Source of the DNA: the human T2T-CHM13v2.0 reference genome, Homo sapiens | Length of the DNA: 64,000 nucleotides | Assembly (NCBI RefSeq): GCF_009914755.1 | Contig: NC_060926.1 | Strand: one strand, 5' to 3' | Part shown: in pieces, positions 26,201 to 39,517 of the stretch | Position numbering within the stretch: position 1 is the stretch's first letter | Layout: the number at the start of each line of letters is the position of its first letter | Translations under genes and position numbers: made by a program | Notes under the pieces: model-generated | What the model was told of the DNA's origin: nothing | The model's database searches: none | Seen by the model: only the letters and a program-made list of their open reading frames with translations

Positions 26201-26727
26201 TGTAGCCTGTCAGAGCAAGTAAGAATATGAGCTAGTTCACTTGCTGCAATGCCTTACATCTTTTTTTTCTGGATTTTTCTTGATAGCTGGACAACTAAAA
26301 TAATTTTAGCAGATAAAGTTCTCTAAATTATAGACCTGATGTCATTGCATGCTTCCTGGTCTTTCTCCTAAGGTGAGAGAACTCTTTGTTCTATGGATAA
26401 TCTTACTGTAGGCAGAAAGCAAGTGATGAACAAAATGTTCAAAATGTTTTCCTCATTCTTTAATTTTATACTGATTGTAACATGGCCAGAGCCCTAGGTT
26501 TTCTTGTAACCCTTTGCTATGGATATCAATGTGAACTTAAATATTAAACCTAGGAAGAAATGACCTAATTTTGCAGGTCTCTGAAAAGAGGTATTTTGTC
26601 ATATTTTGGGGGGTCAGGTATTTTGCCAATTTTTTATGTGATTTCATTAGATTTTTGTGCACATCAAGTACAAATGGCTTAACCCTAGAGGGAACACTAG
26701 GGACATAATGTCCCTCCAGTGTTCTCA

Positions 26728-27070
26728 ATTTTTTATTCCAAAAACATTTATTGAGCTCTTACTATATGCCAGGAATGGGGTTAGGCTCCAGGGATACATA
26801 AAAAGGGCTGTGACAAAAATATAAACTAAATACCATGGCACAGAGGAGACAGCATAATTCTGCCCAAGAGAGACTGAAAACTTCACTAAAAAGATGACAT
26901 TTGAGCTCTGAAATATGCACAGGAATTTTCCTGGTGGAAAAAAAGAAAAAATAGGAAAAGAACTTCAAATTTAAGGAATAGCATATGCAAAAGCAGGAGG
27001 TCCTAAGAGTCTAATGTAATCAAGAAGTGAGAAGCTCTTCCAACCAGGCATAGAATAGAATACATGATGG
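26728..27070 (-). mobile_element. L2 3' fragment
   Basis: aaacatttattgagctcttactatatgccagg...gacatttgagct...agcatatgcaaaagc. Confidence 0.7.
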
Positions 27071-27569
27071 GAAATAAGTTGTAGCCAGCATAATTACAAG
27101 TGAATATGAATTTATTCTCTAAACAGCAGCATTATGAATTCCTAAATCCTCATTTTTAAGGTGATTCTATATATGGCTGGCTCTACCCTGCCTTACGACC
27201 TTACTCGGAATTGTAACAAGTACATGCTGTGGAAAACTGCCAGTTGATTTGACAGAGAAAATTGATAGAACATACTTTCTTGAGCAGAGGGACTGTGGGT
27301 ACCTTAATTAGAATGGAATAGTAAGCAAAATCCTGGAAATGGTGTGTGAAAATAAAACAAATCCTATGTCTACAAAAAGAAAATTATAGAGAAAATTTAG
27401 ATAAAGGAAGAAACATTATAACCTTGGATACATTGGATGAACTAAATTGAGACCATTAAGCTGTGCACAAAACAGGATGGACACAATAGCAAGTGTTTGA
27501 GAAAGGAGAGATAAAAACATAAATAAACATTTTTCTTCTGTACTTGTGCCTAAATATAAAAGCTATTGC

Positions 27570-27879
<310 letters not shown>

Positions 27880-30072
27880 AAAAGCTATGGGCAATGTTTT
27901 ACTTCATTGTTTGGGGGGAATGTTATAAAACTATATGATACATATAATAGACTCCAAAGATTTATTCTAAGACTTCCTGATCCATTCACTTAGTATGGCC
28001 CAGTCACTGGGTCATTTCTCTACAGATGAGAAATTCCATAATAAATGGGAAAACATGGGAAGCTTTTAAACAGACAAAAAGGGAGTAGTATGAGCAGATT
28101 TGTTTCTTAAAAGATAAACACTGGTGACAATATAAAGAAAGGCCTAGAGTTTAGAGAACCACTAGATCCTATGATGCATAGTGAGTAAATGAAAACTGTC
28201 ATGGCTTAGATGATGATTTGTACAGAGTATAATAATAAATGAAAACCTAATATCTGGTCATTGCTGCTGGTTTTCCAATGAGAAAGGCAAGATGAGCTTG
28301 CAACAGCCAATGTGAGCTACTGTATCAGTATGAACCACTCCTTTCCCCGTACCTGCTGGGATATGGCATGGCTTATGCGGTGTGAGAGGACCTAGAGGAA
28401 GTCTAGTTAGTCTGGTCAGAAGACAGAGATGTGATCATGCAATCTTGCAGGAAGCATTTGGAGGGAAAGCACAGCAAAGGGTTACTTTTCATAGAAAGCA
28501 AGATGGCTTTCAAATAGTCCCAGAAATGTTGGTAGCATTCTGGAATAAATAATTGTAGCCATAATAGAATGTCATTTTAGAAAATCATCATGTGAGTGAA
28601 AAACATGGAATGCTTATATATTCTTTCAAGAGTAGAGAACTTATTTGAGGAAACATCACCTTGGCTTGGCCATTAGACTTTCCAGTTTCTTCTGTGGCTG
28701 GTAATAATTAATCATTTTAACATAAATCAAGATCATTAAGAAATTCAGAAGTCATCTATTAAGATTTATGCCTTATATAATAGATGTGCTCCTTAGCTAT
28801 TTCTTCAGCATCAACCATTTAAATCCAGTACTTTTAAATGTCCTAAAAGGAAAGTATTTATTTAAAGATTTCCTGTGATAAATGTTTGGTAAAGGAAGGA
28901 TCCTTTGGTAACATGAATAATTCTTCCATATTTATAGTTTAGTCACTTTGAATTTTCATATACTGAATTATGCTTTCTTAAAGGGAATATATCCTGACTG
29001 GCAATGATTTTTATGTTACAAAGTGTATATCTTATACTTATTTCAATTTTCAGTGCAAAATGAATGCAAACATTATTCCAATCACCTTTTTACCATAAAT
29101 ATGCCAAAATATCTTAGCCAATGAAAAACTCTCCACTGCTAAATACATGTTTTCATGAAAAACAAATTAGATGCATTTTCCTAAGGAAAAGAATTTAAAT
29201 GCATTCTTTGAATCATGCTCTACAATCTTTTTCCAAAGCAGCTTATGCTGTATCTTACAAAGTCAATGTTTACCAGTATATTTATATAATTTTCTTTCTT
29301 TTGTTTTCCCTCCATTTGGCAGAACACAGAGTACTATATAGGCATGTGTCTGAATATTTAGCCATGCTATGCCAGGAGTCCACACAATGCTTAGGACTGT
29401 TTAGTTTAACAAAGAATGTGTGGCTTTTGCATGTTCTGGCACGTATGAGTGTCTCCAAATCTCTGCTAATGGCAGAACATACTTGTCACTTGAAATTCAC
29501 AAAAGTGCAATGAGTTTAAACAAACCACCACCAACCTTATACATACTTCTCTTTTAAAACTTGATGCAAAAAACTGATGAGTATTGGAAGCATAAAAAAG
29601 TACATCAAGACGTAGGGAAACAAACTCTAGGGCCACCTCTTTGTAGTTACCTTTTGAATTTGCCCACGTTCTGCTTCTAGCAAGGAGATAACATGAAGCT
29701 CAAAATATGATTTATAACCTTCATATAAATCATTTACAAATGCCGGAACAACCAAATATTTAGTAGTCAGCCAATCTGCCTATAGTTTATATCTAATTTG
29801 TGATCTTTGGGTTGGAATATTGTGCAGTTAAATTAGGTAAACATTACTTTAAAATTAGGGATTACTGGCTTTAAACATAATAAACTATTTTTCCTTACAT
29901 AAAGGAGAGCTAATGGGAACCTAATTTTTTGTCTGTGGATTTTTATGGATAACAAGGAGAATTTATAATATCGAAGCAAGTGAAATGAACCATTCACTGG
30001 TGGAAGTAATGTTATAAATGCCAAACAAGCTATTTTACCTATACTGAGAAGAAGTTTGCTTTGTCATCTATC

Positions 30073-30217
30073 CCAGTGCTTCTCAAATTTTAATAAAATG
30101 TGTGGGATACTGTCAGAAATACAAATTCTGACTCAGTAGATATGGGTTGGTGGCCTGAGAACAAGTTCTCATGTGATAGTGTTGCTACATTCTACAGACT
30201 GTACCTTGAAAGCAAGA
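30073..30217. mobile_element. MER5B-like hAT DNA transposon relic
   Basis: cagtgcttctcaaa...attctgactcagtag...ggcctgaga. Confidence 0.6.
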
Positions 30218-30354
30218 ATATAGATGGTTTTTAAATTTTTAAGGATCTGTTCTGTATCCTCTCTTTATGATGAATCAGTTAGCTTTTCCTAACTTTATTT
30301 TTACCTAGTTTACTCAGTATTCTTTGCAGACTTGCAAGGATAGAGCATAAAGAC

Positions 30355-30580
30355 TCGGTAGTAGTATGGAAATAACATAAAATATATTCCAAAGGCCTGT
30401 GTTCGAATTACAGTTCTTCTGTATCTAGATGTATAGCCTTTGCCTAGTTGCATCAACTGAGACATAATTTTCTCTTAAGTAATTTGAGAATATGTAGTTA
30501 TCTAGTCAATGGAGATGTATAAAAACAAATGAGATTATACATGTGCAAACTTTAGATGAGCACTATAAATATTTTAGTTG
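30355..30580 (+). mobile_element. MIR fragment
   Basis: gcctgtgttcgaattacagttct...aaatgagattatacatgtg. Confidence 0.55.
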
Positions 30581-30929
30581 TTGAAGTTACTATTATGTCA
30601 CTGAGTTATTGGGCTACATTAATTATTATTCTGTGTTTTACACAGTGTTGTGATGTATCTTGTATTCTCCTGATCACCATTTGAACCTTCTATCTTTCTT
30701 TTGAGTATTATAACTCGCCAGTCTGGAGTTGCAAGGTCTCTAATGTATATTCAATGATTCCTCCCCCACCCACAGAGGGCGGTATTGTGAAGAGGGAAAA
30801 AAGAAGCATGAATTCTGAAAACATGCATGCGGAGGTTGAGAATCTGAAAATTTTGTTTCTTTAATGGTGTACATGACTGAGTACCTCCTGTAAATGCTTT
30901 ATGTACCATCGGAGTACCCAAAGACTTCT

Positions 30930-31290
30930 GACCTGGATTACCTTTCTTCCTAAATTTATTTTTGCAGGTAATACCCACCCCACTTTCAAGACCCAAGTCC
31001 AAAAGTACACTTCCATGAAGTTTTCCTGATCCATGTTCCACCCACCCTTTCCACTACACAAACACACACAGCAGGATGTGACTTTCTGTCTTTTGAAAAC
31101 TTATAGTAAGATTCTCTATGTAACATCCTTTTTTATAGGACTGGTCTATGATACAGACATGAATTTCATTTTTAAACTCCCCTTTAAATAGTTAACTACA
31201 TATCTGCCTGCCTTAAAATTTGTGTCCCCTGAAATACTTAGCACATTGCTTTGTAAATGCTGGGTACTCATTTAATTATTAAATTGAACT
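30930..31290 (+). mobile_element. L2 3' fragment
   Basis: ctttcaagacccaagtccaaaag...cttccatgaagttttcctg...cttagcacattgc. Confidence 0.55.
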
Positions 31291-34200
31291 ATATTATAAT
31301 TTCTTAGATTGGTTGTCTTTACATTTTTAATCATATACTCTCATTGATTGAAAATTTCAAGCTTCTATTCTCAACACATTTATTTATGTATAAATTTTAC
31401 TTATACATATGCTTACTATATTATATGAATACAATATATGCATATAAAATATGCAAAAATTATAAGTTTAAGAGATATTTTGAAAGTTTTATTATGTAAA
31501 ATAAAAAACAGAAATGCTAATTTTTCCCAAATCCACTCATCAAAGTTTAGAATTCTCTGTCTTATGAATATAATGAGATAATGACTTCTCTTCTACATTA
31601 CTACATAACTAGTGTCTGAATAGTTCATTGAAATATTATTCTGTGTGCTTATTCTTCGATTTTACTACTGAGTTTAGAAAACAGAAAAAGGAAAAATAAT
31701 TCTGAACCAGGAGCTCTTCCTGTTTTCTGTAAAATCTAAGTGCATTGAGAAGATGAAATTAGGTTCCATGGAGGAAGACAGGAGAGAGCAGGGGAGAGGA
31801 AAGGAGCAGGGAAAGGAGATGACAGGGAGAGAAAGAGAGAGTACATTGGTAGATCCCTGGTGTAGAAAGAGTGGGAAAGGCAGCTGGTCTCAGGATTACT
31901 AAAGAACTGAGTCCCATTCTCACTCTATCAGATAGATGAGTTAGCAGGCTGCGGAAAGGGTGACTGGATAGTGGAACCAGTGTTCCTAAACCTGGCAAAG
32001 TTCTTCCTAAAGCTCAGGTGACGTCAAAGCAGATAATTTTTGGAGTTCACGAGATCACCCAGGGTTGGACCTGGGTATATCAGTAGTCTGATAACAGTCT
32101 GCCAGTTCTGGACACTAAACAGTGCCCCCAGTTCCAAAGGCTTTGATAGGAAAAAGGAGCTCTAATAATGACTGAGATGAAATTTGATGCCAGCCAGGCT
32201 GGATGCAATTGCAAAATCAAAAGAAAGATGATTTAAAACAAGGATGTGATTATTCTTGCACGCCTGAGTATATGTACCCAGGTATTTATACCTGCCACAT
32301 GTTCTATCTTGAATCTACTACTTCTTTGCATAGCTGTTTTGATATCTCTTTTGATGGTGCTTTTTGATTCTCTCATTTCTAATTGGTAACATTTAGAATA
32401 GTTCCTCGTATGTATTATGTTCTCAGTCAATATGTTTAAGAGATGAGTTCATTTATTAGAAACTGTTATTCATCTTATAAATTATAGGTGTTTATATCTG
32501 ATTTTGTTTTTATAATTAAACTCTTACTTAATTCAGCAAATCACAATTACCAAACACCCAAAATCAAAGGTGTTGAAATTAAGAAGTGGCAACATTCCTA
32601 GCAAAAGTTAATTAGATGAAAATTTTAACATCAAAAATTAAAAATGATGGTGAAGGCCAACTCATGGTGACCATGAGTCGCAGGTGCTATCACACAAAGG
32701 CTAAATGCCAAGTGGTGAAAGTAATTACTATGTAGGTGATTACCAAGGAAATAGAATTCTTTTTCATTATTACAAGGTAAGCTTTTTTTTCTCGCTAGAG
32801 AGGTTTTGATATCCTATCCATGCTACCAAATGTCTTTGCCAATAAGACTAACTGTATTTTTCAGTTTATCACTATGTAAAATTGTCTTTCTAGGTGAGAT
32901 TATCACTAAAAATAAAAAAACCCTACATTTTAATAAGAAGTGAGGATAGCTACACTATACTTTGAAAATATTTAAAATAAGTTGATTATTGAATAATTAT
33001 CTTCTATGTGAAGTTTTGCTCATTCACACAAGTACCTCCAATCTAACTCAGTAATTAAATCTTTCACCACAACTTGGATCTGAATCTACTCATTGCGTGC
33101 TCTCAATGTATTGTATAATATGTCAGTTTGCTCCAGAGTACTTCACACAATTACATCTTCCCATCTAGAATCTGGTTCTTTTGCTTCAGGGGACAATAGG
33201 TTCTACTGAAACATCTTAAGGAGTCTGATACGTTATATCTCTGATGAAACACAATTACTAACTCCTGTTTCCACACACCCACAGTCCTTTAACCCTGCTT
33301 ACATATTTAATGGAAGTGAAATGGTGCAAACCCCCACCTTGTCTACATCTATTAAATTCTATTGAGTTCTTGAACATCCTATAAGGTAGACCATCTTTTA
33401 GAAGTGTCTTATAGGAAAAATAAGTAGAAGGCATATATAAGGAAAAGATGGATACTAGTTATAAGAAAAAAATTAGTTAGAAAAGAATTATTGGATTACA
33501 GAGATTAGTAAAAATAATAGAAATGATAATCATCTCTTCCCTTTTCCTATCCTTCTGAAGGTAAGTTGCACTAGATTGGTGCGCTCCCTCTCCTGGCGTT
33601 TCCCGCATCTTGTTTACCACATCTTACATTATTAAGGGAAAAGAGAGAAGCATGGACGCGTTCTCTCTAAGAGATCTTTGTTGTTGGTCTCATACATGCT
33701 AAGAATATTTGAATTGGTACGAAGTACAATTAATTTTTTATAATTAAGGCAAAAGAAATTAACTAAGCTAAGTCACTCTTATAAGAAGCTTAATAACCCA
33801 TAATCTTTTACTATGTCTTATAAGGAATGGGGTGATAATTTAATTTTATATTCTAATTTATTAGATTAGCACATCATTTCAAGCCATGAAGTCTCACTGA
33901 ATAACAAAAACATTCATTTTTTGAGGCTTGGTTACAAACCCAATATATGAAGGGTCTGTTTATTACTAATGTTTTCTAAAGCCAGATATTGTTCAGCCAA
34001 TTAAATTTTGTTGGAAAACAACTTCTCATGCCCTTAATAACTTTTTTTCTTCAGTGGAGCTCAGTATATTTTACCCAGTAATATATTAACACTATATGTC
34101 TATGAATTACAATGAAAAAATTCTAAAAAAGTTTAGAAAAATTGGTCATGTTAAGGTTATATTAGGTCAAAAATAAGCCCCCAGAAGAGCACTGGACTCA

Positions 34201-37200
34201 AGCGAATAAAAACATTCCATTCATGGACCACTTGAACATGTCCTGCAGAGGTCTATAGCTTAAAGAAAAAATTTAATTTCTTTGCCTTGAAGGAATATGT
34301 TAAAACTAGGTCTGTCCTGGTTAGTATGGGTATTGGGATTATGTTCTTGGCTAGATCATGGTTAGTGACGTTAACCGCCATGGTTAGTGGGGTTGTCATT
34401 GAGAAAGGCAACATATAAATCTGTTTCAAGGAGTTTAGTTATTTGAGCTTCACATTTGCAGGTTCACTGTGTTTGCAGATTCCTGGAGGAGTAGAACCTA
34501 ACAGTCTACAACTAAGCTTGCATCAAATAATATGAACAAAATAATGTAAATGATATGAAGAATTAAATAGTTTTAGATGTTAATTTTAAACACTTGTATT
34601 ACCTGAAATCTACCCCAAGAATTAATCTGAGACCCAACATTGTTAGCCATTTACAATGATTAAAACTACATTGCTCCCCTCCTTTATTACTTGGAACTCT
34701 TGTAAACAGCAACTATATCTCTTTTAGGATAGTATACACATCACATGTTTAAAAACATGATATTTTATTCTTATTAAACATTCTAAAGGCATTTTGAGGA
34801 ATATACAGGACACAACTTCTAGGGACTGTGCGTTCTTGAAAGAATGCTTGCAATTTTCTAAGACTTCATATAGCAATAACACTTTTTATATAAAACAAAT
34901 ACAGCATTATCAGAGAAAATGGTCAGCATAATGTCTTGGTACCTGCCTAAATGAGCTTACAAAGGTAAATAATATTTTAAATGCATAACTCTGTGTAAAA
35001 AAGGGTAGATGGCAAAAACTACAAATGACTTTGGGATCCTGGGTAGGGAGGTAAAAGGGAACTGGTGCAGATAAATATTGAAGGAAGAGCAAAAATTTAA
35101 CCTCAGCCAAGAATAACTGGATAGAATTGAAATGGGTAAAAAATAAAAAATGAAGAACACTCTCAATAAAGGGAAAGATATCTTCACAATTCTTATTTAG
35201 TGGCTAGAAGAAAGTAAGAGGCTGAACAAGAAGCCCTAAAGTGTTTAGGAGGGGGTGAAGAAATTACATTCCCTCTACTGAAAACTACAAATTATTTTCT
35301 TCCAGGGAGGATGCGTGTCTTTTTATACTCTGCTTAGCAAGAAGGGAAGCATAGATAAATTTCATTAAAAATAAATATAAAAAGATGTGTCTATAGCAAA
35401 GGCATAATCAAGCATGGATCCAAAACATATTTGCTCTCTTTGAAACAAATGTTGAACAATTTACTTGTATAGAAAGGTTAAAAATTCTAGTCAACAGGTA
35501 TCATTATGTGTGTAAAACAGCAGAGAAAACAGCAATACAAAATAACTAATATTTTTAAATGCCAGCAAAGATTAAAGATCTTTAAAAGTTATTTTCTAAT
35601 AGATCCTCTACTTTCGTCTACAAACAATTCATGTTTCATTAATGTTTATGTGGTTTGGATAAGACTTATGAAAGCCATCACTTAAAATTGGAATATAGAT
35701 GTTTTTACATTTTTCTGACAAGTCATATATAGTGAATCAGTATCAGTTCTCTCTTTTAGTGTTTGGAGTAAATCCTTAAATAAAGCAAAGGACCTTTAAT
35801 TTTTATTACTTAAATGCTTAATGCATAGTTTAATTTTTAATGTGGACTTTTAGATGATGCCAATTTTTATTAAGGTTAACACACCCCTACTAGAATTAGC
35901 ACAAATTAATACAAAAATCAATGAATCCCTTCTCTCAAATTCCTAATGTGAATAAGATGCAGCATCCCCTCACATCAAGAAATGAACAAAAACCATTCAA
36001 TGAGAATGAGATACAAATAAGCAGTATAGGCTGTTAAAACAGACAGTAGGGGTCTGAAGGTTACAATTTTGTTACATTTTTAGTATAATGTAACATCAAA
36101 GCTTGAAAATTTTATTTCTTTTTTTCTTTCTCTTTTTCCTTAGAGTCTTTTAAACCAACAGCATTAATGATAAATGGTATATGTCAAACTCTGATAACTA
36201 AAAAATCCCGCACCTTTCTGAAACAGTCTCCTATATCCAATGTCATTTGGGTATATGTGAGGTACATTGTACTCTTTGGATGGACTTTTAAAAAATACAT
36301 ATGCCACATTAAAAGAAAGAGACAAAATTGATGTGATATGTATGTGATAAAATCTGACCAGAAAGACCCTCTCATTGCATTTATAATGGATTGGCTTTAA
36401 CTTGTATTTCTTTTCATGGTACATTTAAAGAAGTCTAAAGTCTATTCTCTCTCCCTGAGCAATAAGCATTACCTATTTTACTTTTTGTAAGTGAATTACT
36501 TTGAGGATTTCAGTTGAGTACTTTACCTAAACCCCACAGATAGATGCCATATAATTGTTGCCACATTCTTGATTATCATCAAGATACATTGCCATGATAA
36601 CTTGAAATACTTGGCAAATTTACTGGACATTTTATATAGTGCATCTTGGCTTGAAAATGTCAAGCAAAAAAAGTCAGAGCAACACCGTCTTTATAAGCTC
36701 TCCACTGAATGTGAAGGGCTGCCTAAGACACACAGCTCTGGCTGCCGGGTTCCTAATCACAAAGCTAAATGACTCGGGTGTTATCAAACTTATTTCTTCC
36801 AGGTACTCAAGTACCAAAATGACAAATCATAGGGGTGGCTGTTAGCCTGAAGACACTTCTGTTCTATTATTTAAAGTCTGTTTTTTTTTAATGTCTGAGA
36901 TTTCTATGTGGAAAAAATAATGAACTTTAAGAAATGTCACTTTTACTAACAGAAATTATGGCTTGAACACCTGAATATGAATATTAAATACAAAAAAGTA
37001 CATTTAAATAATGTTAAGGTTGTGACACAAACTGACAAAAGCAGCAAAATTCAAAGTTAAGGATGACACTCCACCTTAACTCACCCTGTTAAGAGGGGGA
37101 AAAGGGCAGCAGAGTGTACAGCTGGGAACGCTATGTTGGCCTTCATTCTCTGTCGCCTGATTGTGTCAGACGGTGTATTACCCTCCATAATATTTAATTG

Positions 37201-37338
37201 GTTTTTGGCATTTGATTCCCTCTCTTTTGCTTAAGAGAATTTTTGGTGCTCATTTATAAAATGTCATTTGGAAACCTATACATATTGATACTATACTTTT
37301 GGGGGTGACTCTTGAGAGGGATATCATTAGAGTTGTTG

Positions 37339-37340
<2 letters not shown>

Positions 37341-37385
<45 letters not shown>
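37341..37385. repeat. (GT)n microsatellite
   Basis: About 22 perfect GT units. Confidence 0.95.
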
Positions 37386-37387
<2 letters not shown>

Positions 37388-37426
37388 GGGAGAGGGATAT
37401 TTATCAAACAATGTGAGCATCTAAGA

Positions 37427-37683
37427 ATAATAATAAAAACTAACAATTTTCAAGTGTTTGCTCTGTGCCAAGCATTATTTTATGTGTTTACAGGTATTAA
37501 TTTCTTCAAACTTCATTTTTAAAAAATCTATAAGGAAGTTACCACTGTCATCATCATTATCATTATACTCATTTTACAGATGGGAAATTTAAGCCACAGT
37601 GACCTTGGCCAAGATCACAAAGTAAATAACTACCAAAGTCAAGATTCAAATCTGGACTCCAAACAAGTTCTTAACCATCATGG
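37427..37683 (-). mobile_element. MIR SINE
   Basis: tgtgccaagc...cattttacagatgggaaa...cttggccaagatcaca...gattcaaatc. Confidence 0.8.
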
Positions 37684-37869
37684 CCAACAAAAATAAAAGT
37701 GACCAGGAATGTCACCAAAATTGAGTCAACAGATTCTATTACAATAGCTAGTACATGGCTGTAGCCAATTAATATATTCTAGTATTAATCAAGCAGAAAT
37801 TATACATTAAGCATCTATTATATGTAAAGCGTCAGAGTATGTGCTTTGGATAAATGGAAGGAAGCAAGA

Positions 37870-38035
37870 AGAACTAACATTTATAAGAAACCTGATACAT
37901 GCCGAACACTTCGCTGAGTACCATGCATATATCTCACCTAATTGTTTCAAAATCACACCAATATTTGAATTACAATTATGGTTTTAAAAATGAATAAACT
38001 AAAGCTCAAAAAGATTCAATAACTTGACCAAGTCC
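37870..38035 (-). mobile_element. MIR fragment
   Basis: ctaacatttat...atgaataaactaaagctcaaaaagattcaataacttgaccaag. Confidence 0.55.
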
Positions 38036-38968
38036 CCACACAATTCCGGGTGTTGCCCTATATTATCTGTGCAAATTTTTTCAAGATACCTAGCTTCTCT
38101 GACCCTTTTTTTTTTTTCACTTAATATAGAGAGAGGAAAACAGACCTCCTAGGGTTATTGTGGTTCAATCAATCTTGATTTTTCCAAAAGAAATCTATTG
38201 CCAATCTATAAAACAACAAATATTTGCTTGAAGCCAACAATGTGCCAACTACCTTTTTTGGGGATTGAACCTTTTAAGAATAAATTAATGCTGGTCATAG
38301 TATATCATATAAACTGTTGGTAAAAAAAAAAAAAAAAAAAAAGATGATTAGTGGAACTTAGCTCTATGTCACTTCCACTTCTATTAATGTCTATCAAACA
38401 AGATGGATGTGACATAAAAACATCCTATTATATTACTAAAAAGAATCCTGGAGTTTATCTCAACCAAACTTCTTTGTATTGGTGCATAAACTGAGTTTCT
38501 CCCACCATTATGTAGCCTGCCTGAACTAAACCACGGATTAATACAAAGGTCTCTGAAGCCCAGTTGAACACATTTCTATTTCACCATTCTTTACTTTGTC
38601 ATCAGTTGTAGAAACTATCTTTACTTTAGAAATGCTACACTGTCTCTTGATCATTTTTATCTAAATTGATGATACAGTCATTGATAATTCAAAAGTCATT
38701 GATGATAATAATTTATTAGCTGGTAATTCTTTGCCACCACTCCAGATCCAGGTTCCAGCCTTTTCTGCCCTGTTTGGAGCAGTGGACTGACCCACGCAGA
38801 CACAGGATGGGTGTGGAGGTCTCTATTTCTGTGCCTCTCCTTTAGCAGCACTTTCACCCTCCATGTTTTCTCTCCTACTGAGTACAAGCACAGCTCCTGG
38901 CTCTAGGTTGTCCTGGCCTCCAGGAACTTTATTTCCTCCCACGGCTTCTTCTGGCCTAAGAGTGATGG

Positions 38969-39517
38969 AGTCAATAGTATTATTTTTGACCCATACTCAG
39001 GGAACCTCATTGTAGATGAAACTCATATCCTGGCACATTAAACTTAGACACGGCTATGTGACCAATTTGGCCAATGAAGAGCAAAACAATTTGCGTAATT
39101 TCTCAAGAGAAATTTTAAAGCCAACCTTTACCATGTTCTTATTTTCTGCTGTCATAACTAGCAGTGTTCTTATAGAAGCTGCATCATCAGCCTGTGTCCT
39201 AAGGGAAGACAACAGGGAGCAGAACCACAGCTGACCCACAATAACATGTTCAAAATAGAGCATGAGTTGGAAATAAGTGTTTTTAATTCATTTATTTGGA
39301 GTTTTTATTACCATTGCATAACCTACCTCAGTGGTTTTTAATTTTTAGCATCTACCAGAATGAACTAGAATGCTCACTAGTCCCACATGCAGAGTTTCTG
39401 ATTCAGTGGGTCCAACATAAGAACTGAGAATCTGCATTCCTGACAGATGATATTGATGCTGCTGGTCCAGGGGCCAGAGTCTGAGAATCACTGTCCTAGT
39501 TGCTCGTGACTGATACA
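38969..39517 (+). mobile_element. Old MLT1 (I/J/K-like) LTR
   Basis: ggctatgtgaccaatttggccaatg..., ends tgactgataca; TSD gatgg at 38964-38968 and 39518-39522. Confidence 0.7.
39329..39493. mobile_element. MER5A DNA transposon nested in MLT1
   Basis: Terminal inverted repeats cagtggtttt...agaatcactg; gtttctgattcagtgggtc; gatgctgctggtcc. Confidence 0.8.

Noticed and set aside
29199-29513. 104-aa ORF in unique DNA
   Set aside because: Composition typical of AT-rich non-coding frames; no domain or splice support
34310-34400. Possible mitochondrial insertion (NUMT-like strand bias)
   Set aside because: I could not align it convincingly to any recalled mitochondrial gene
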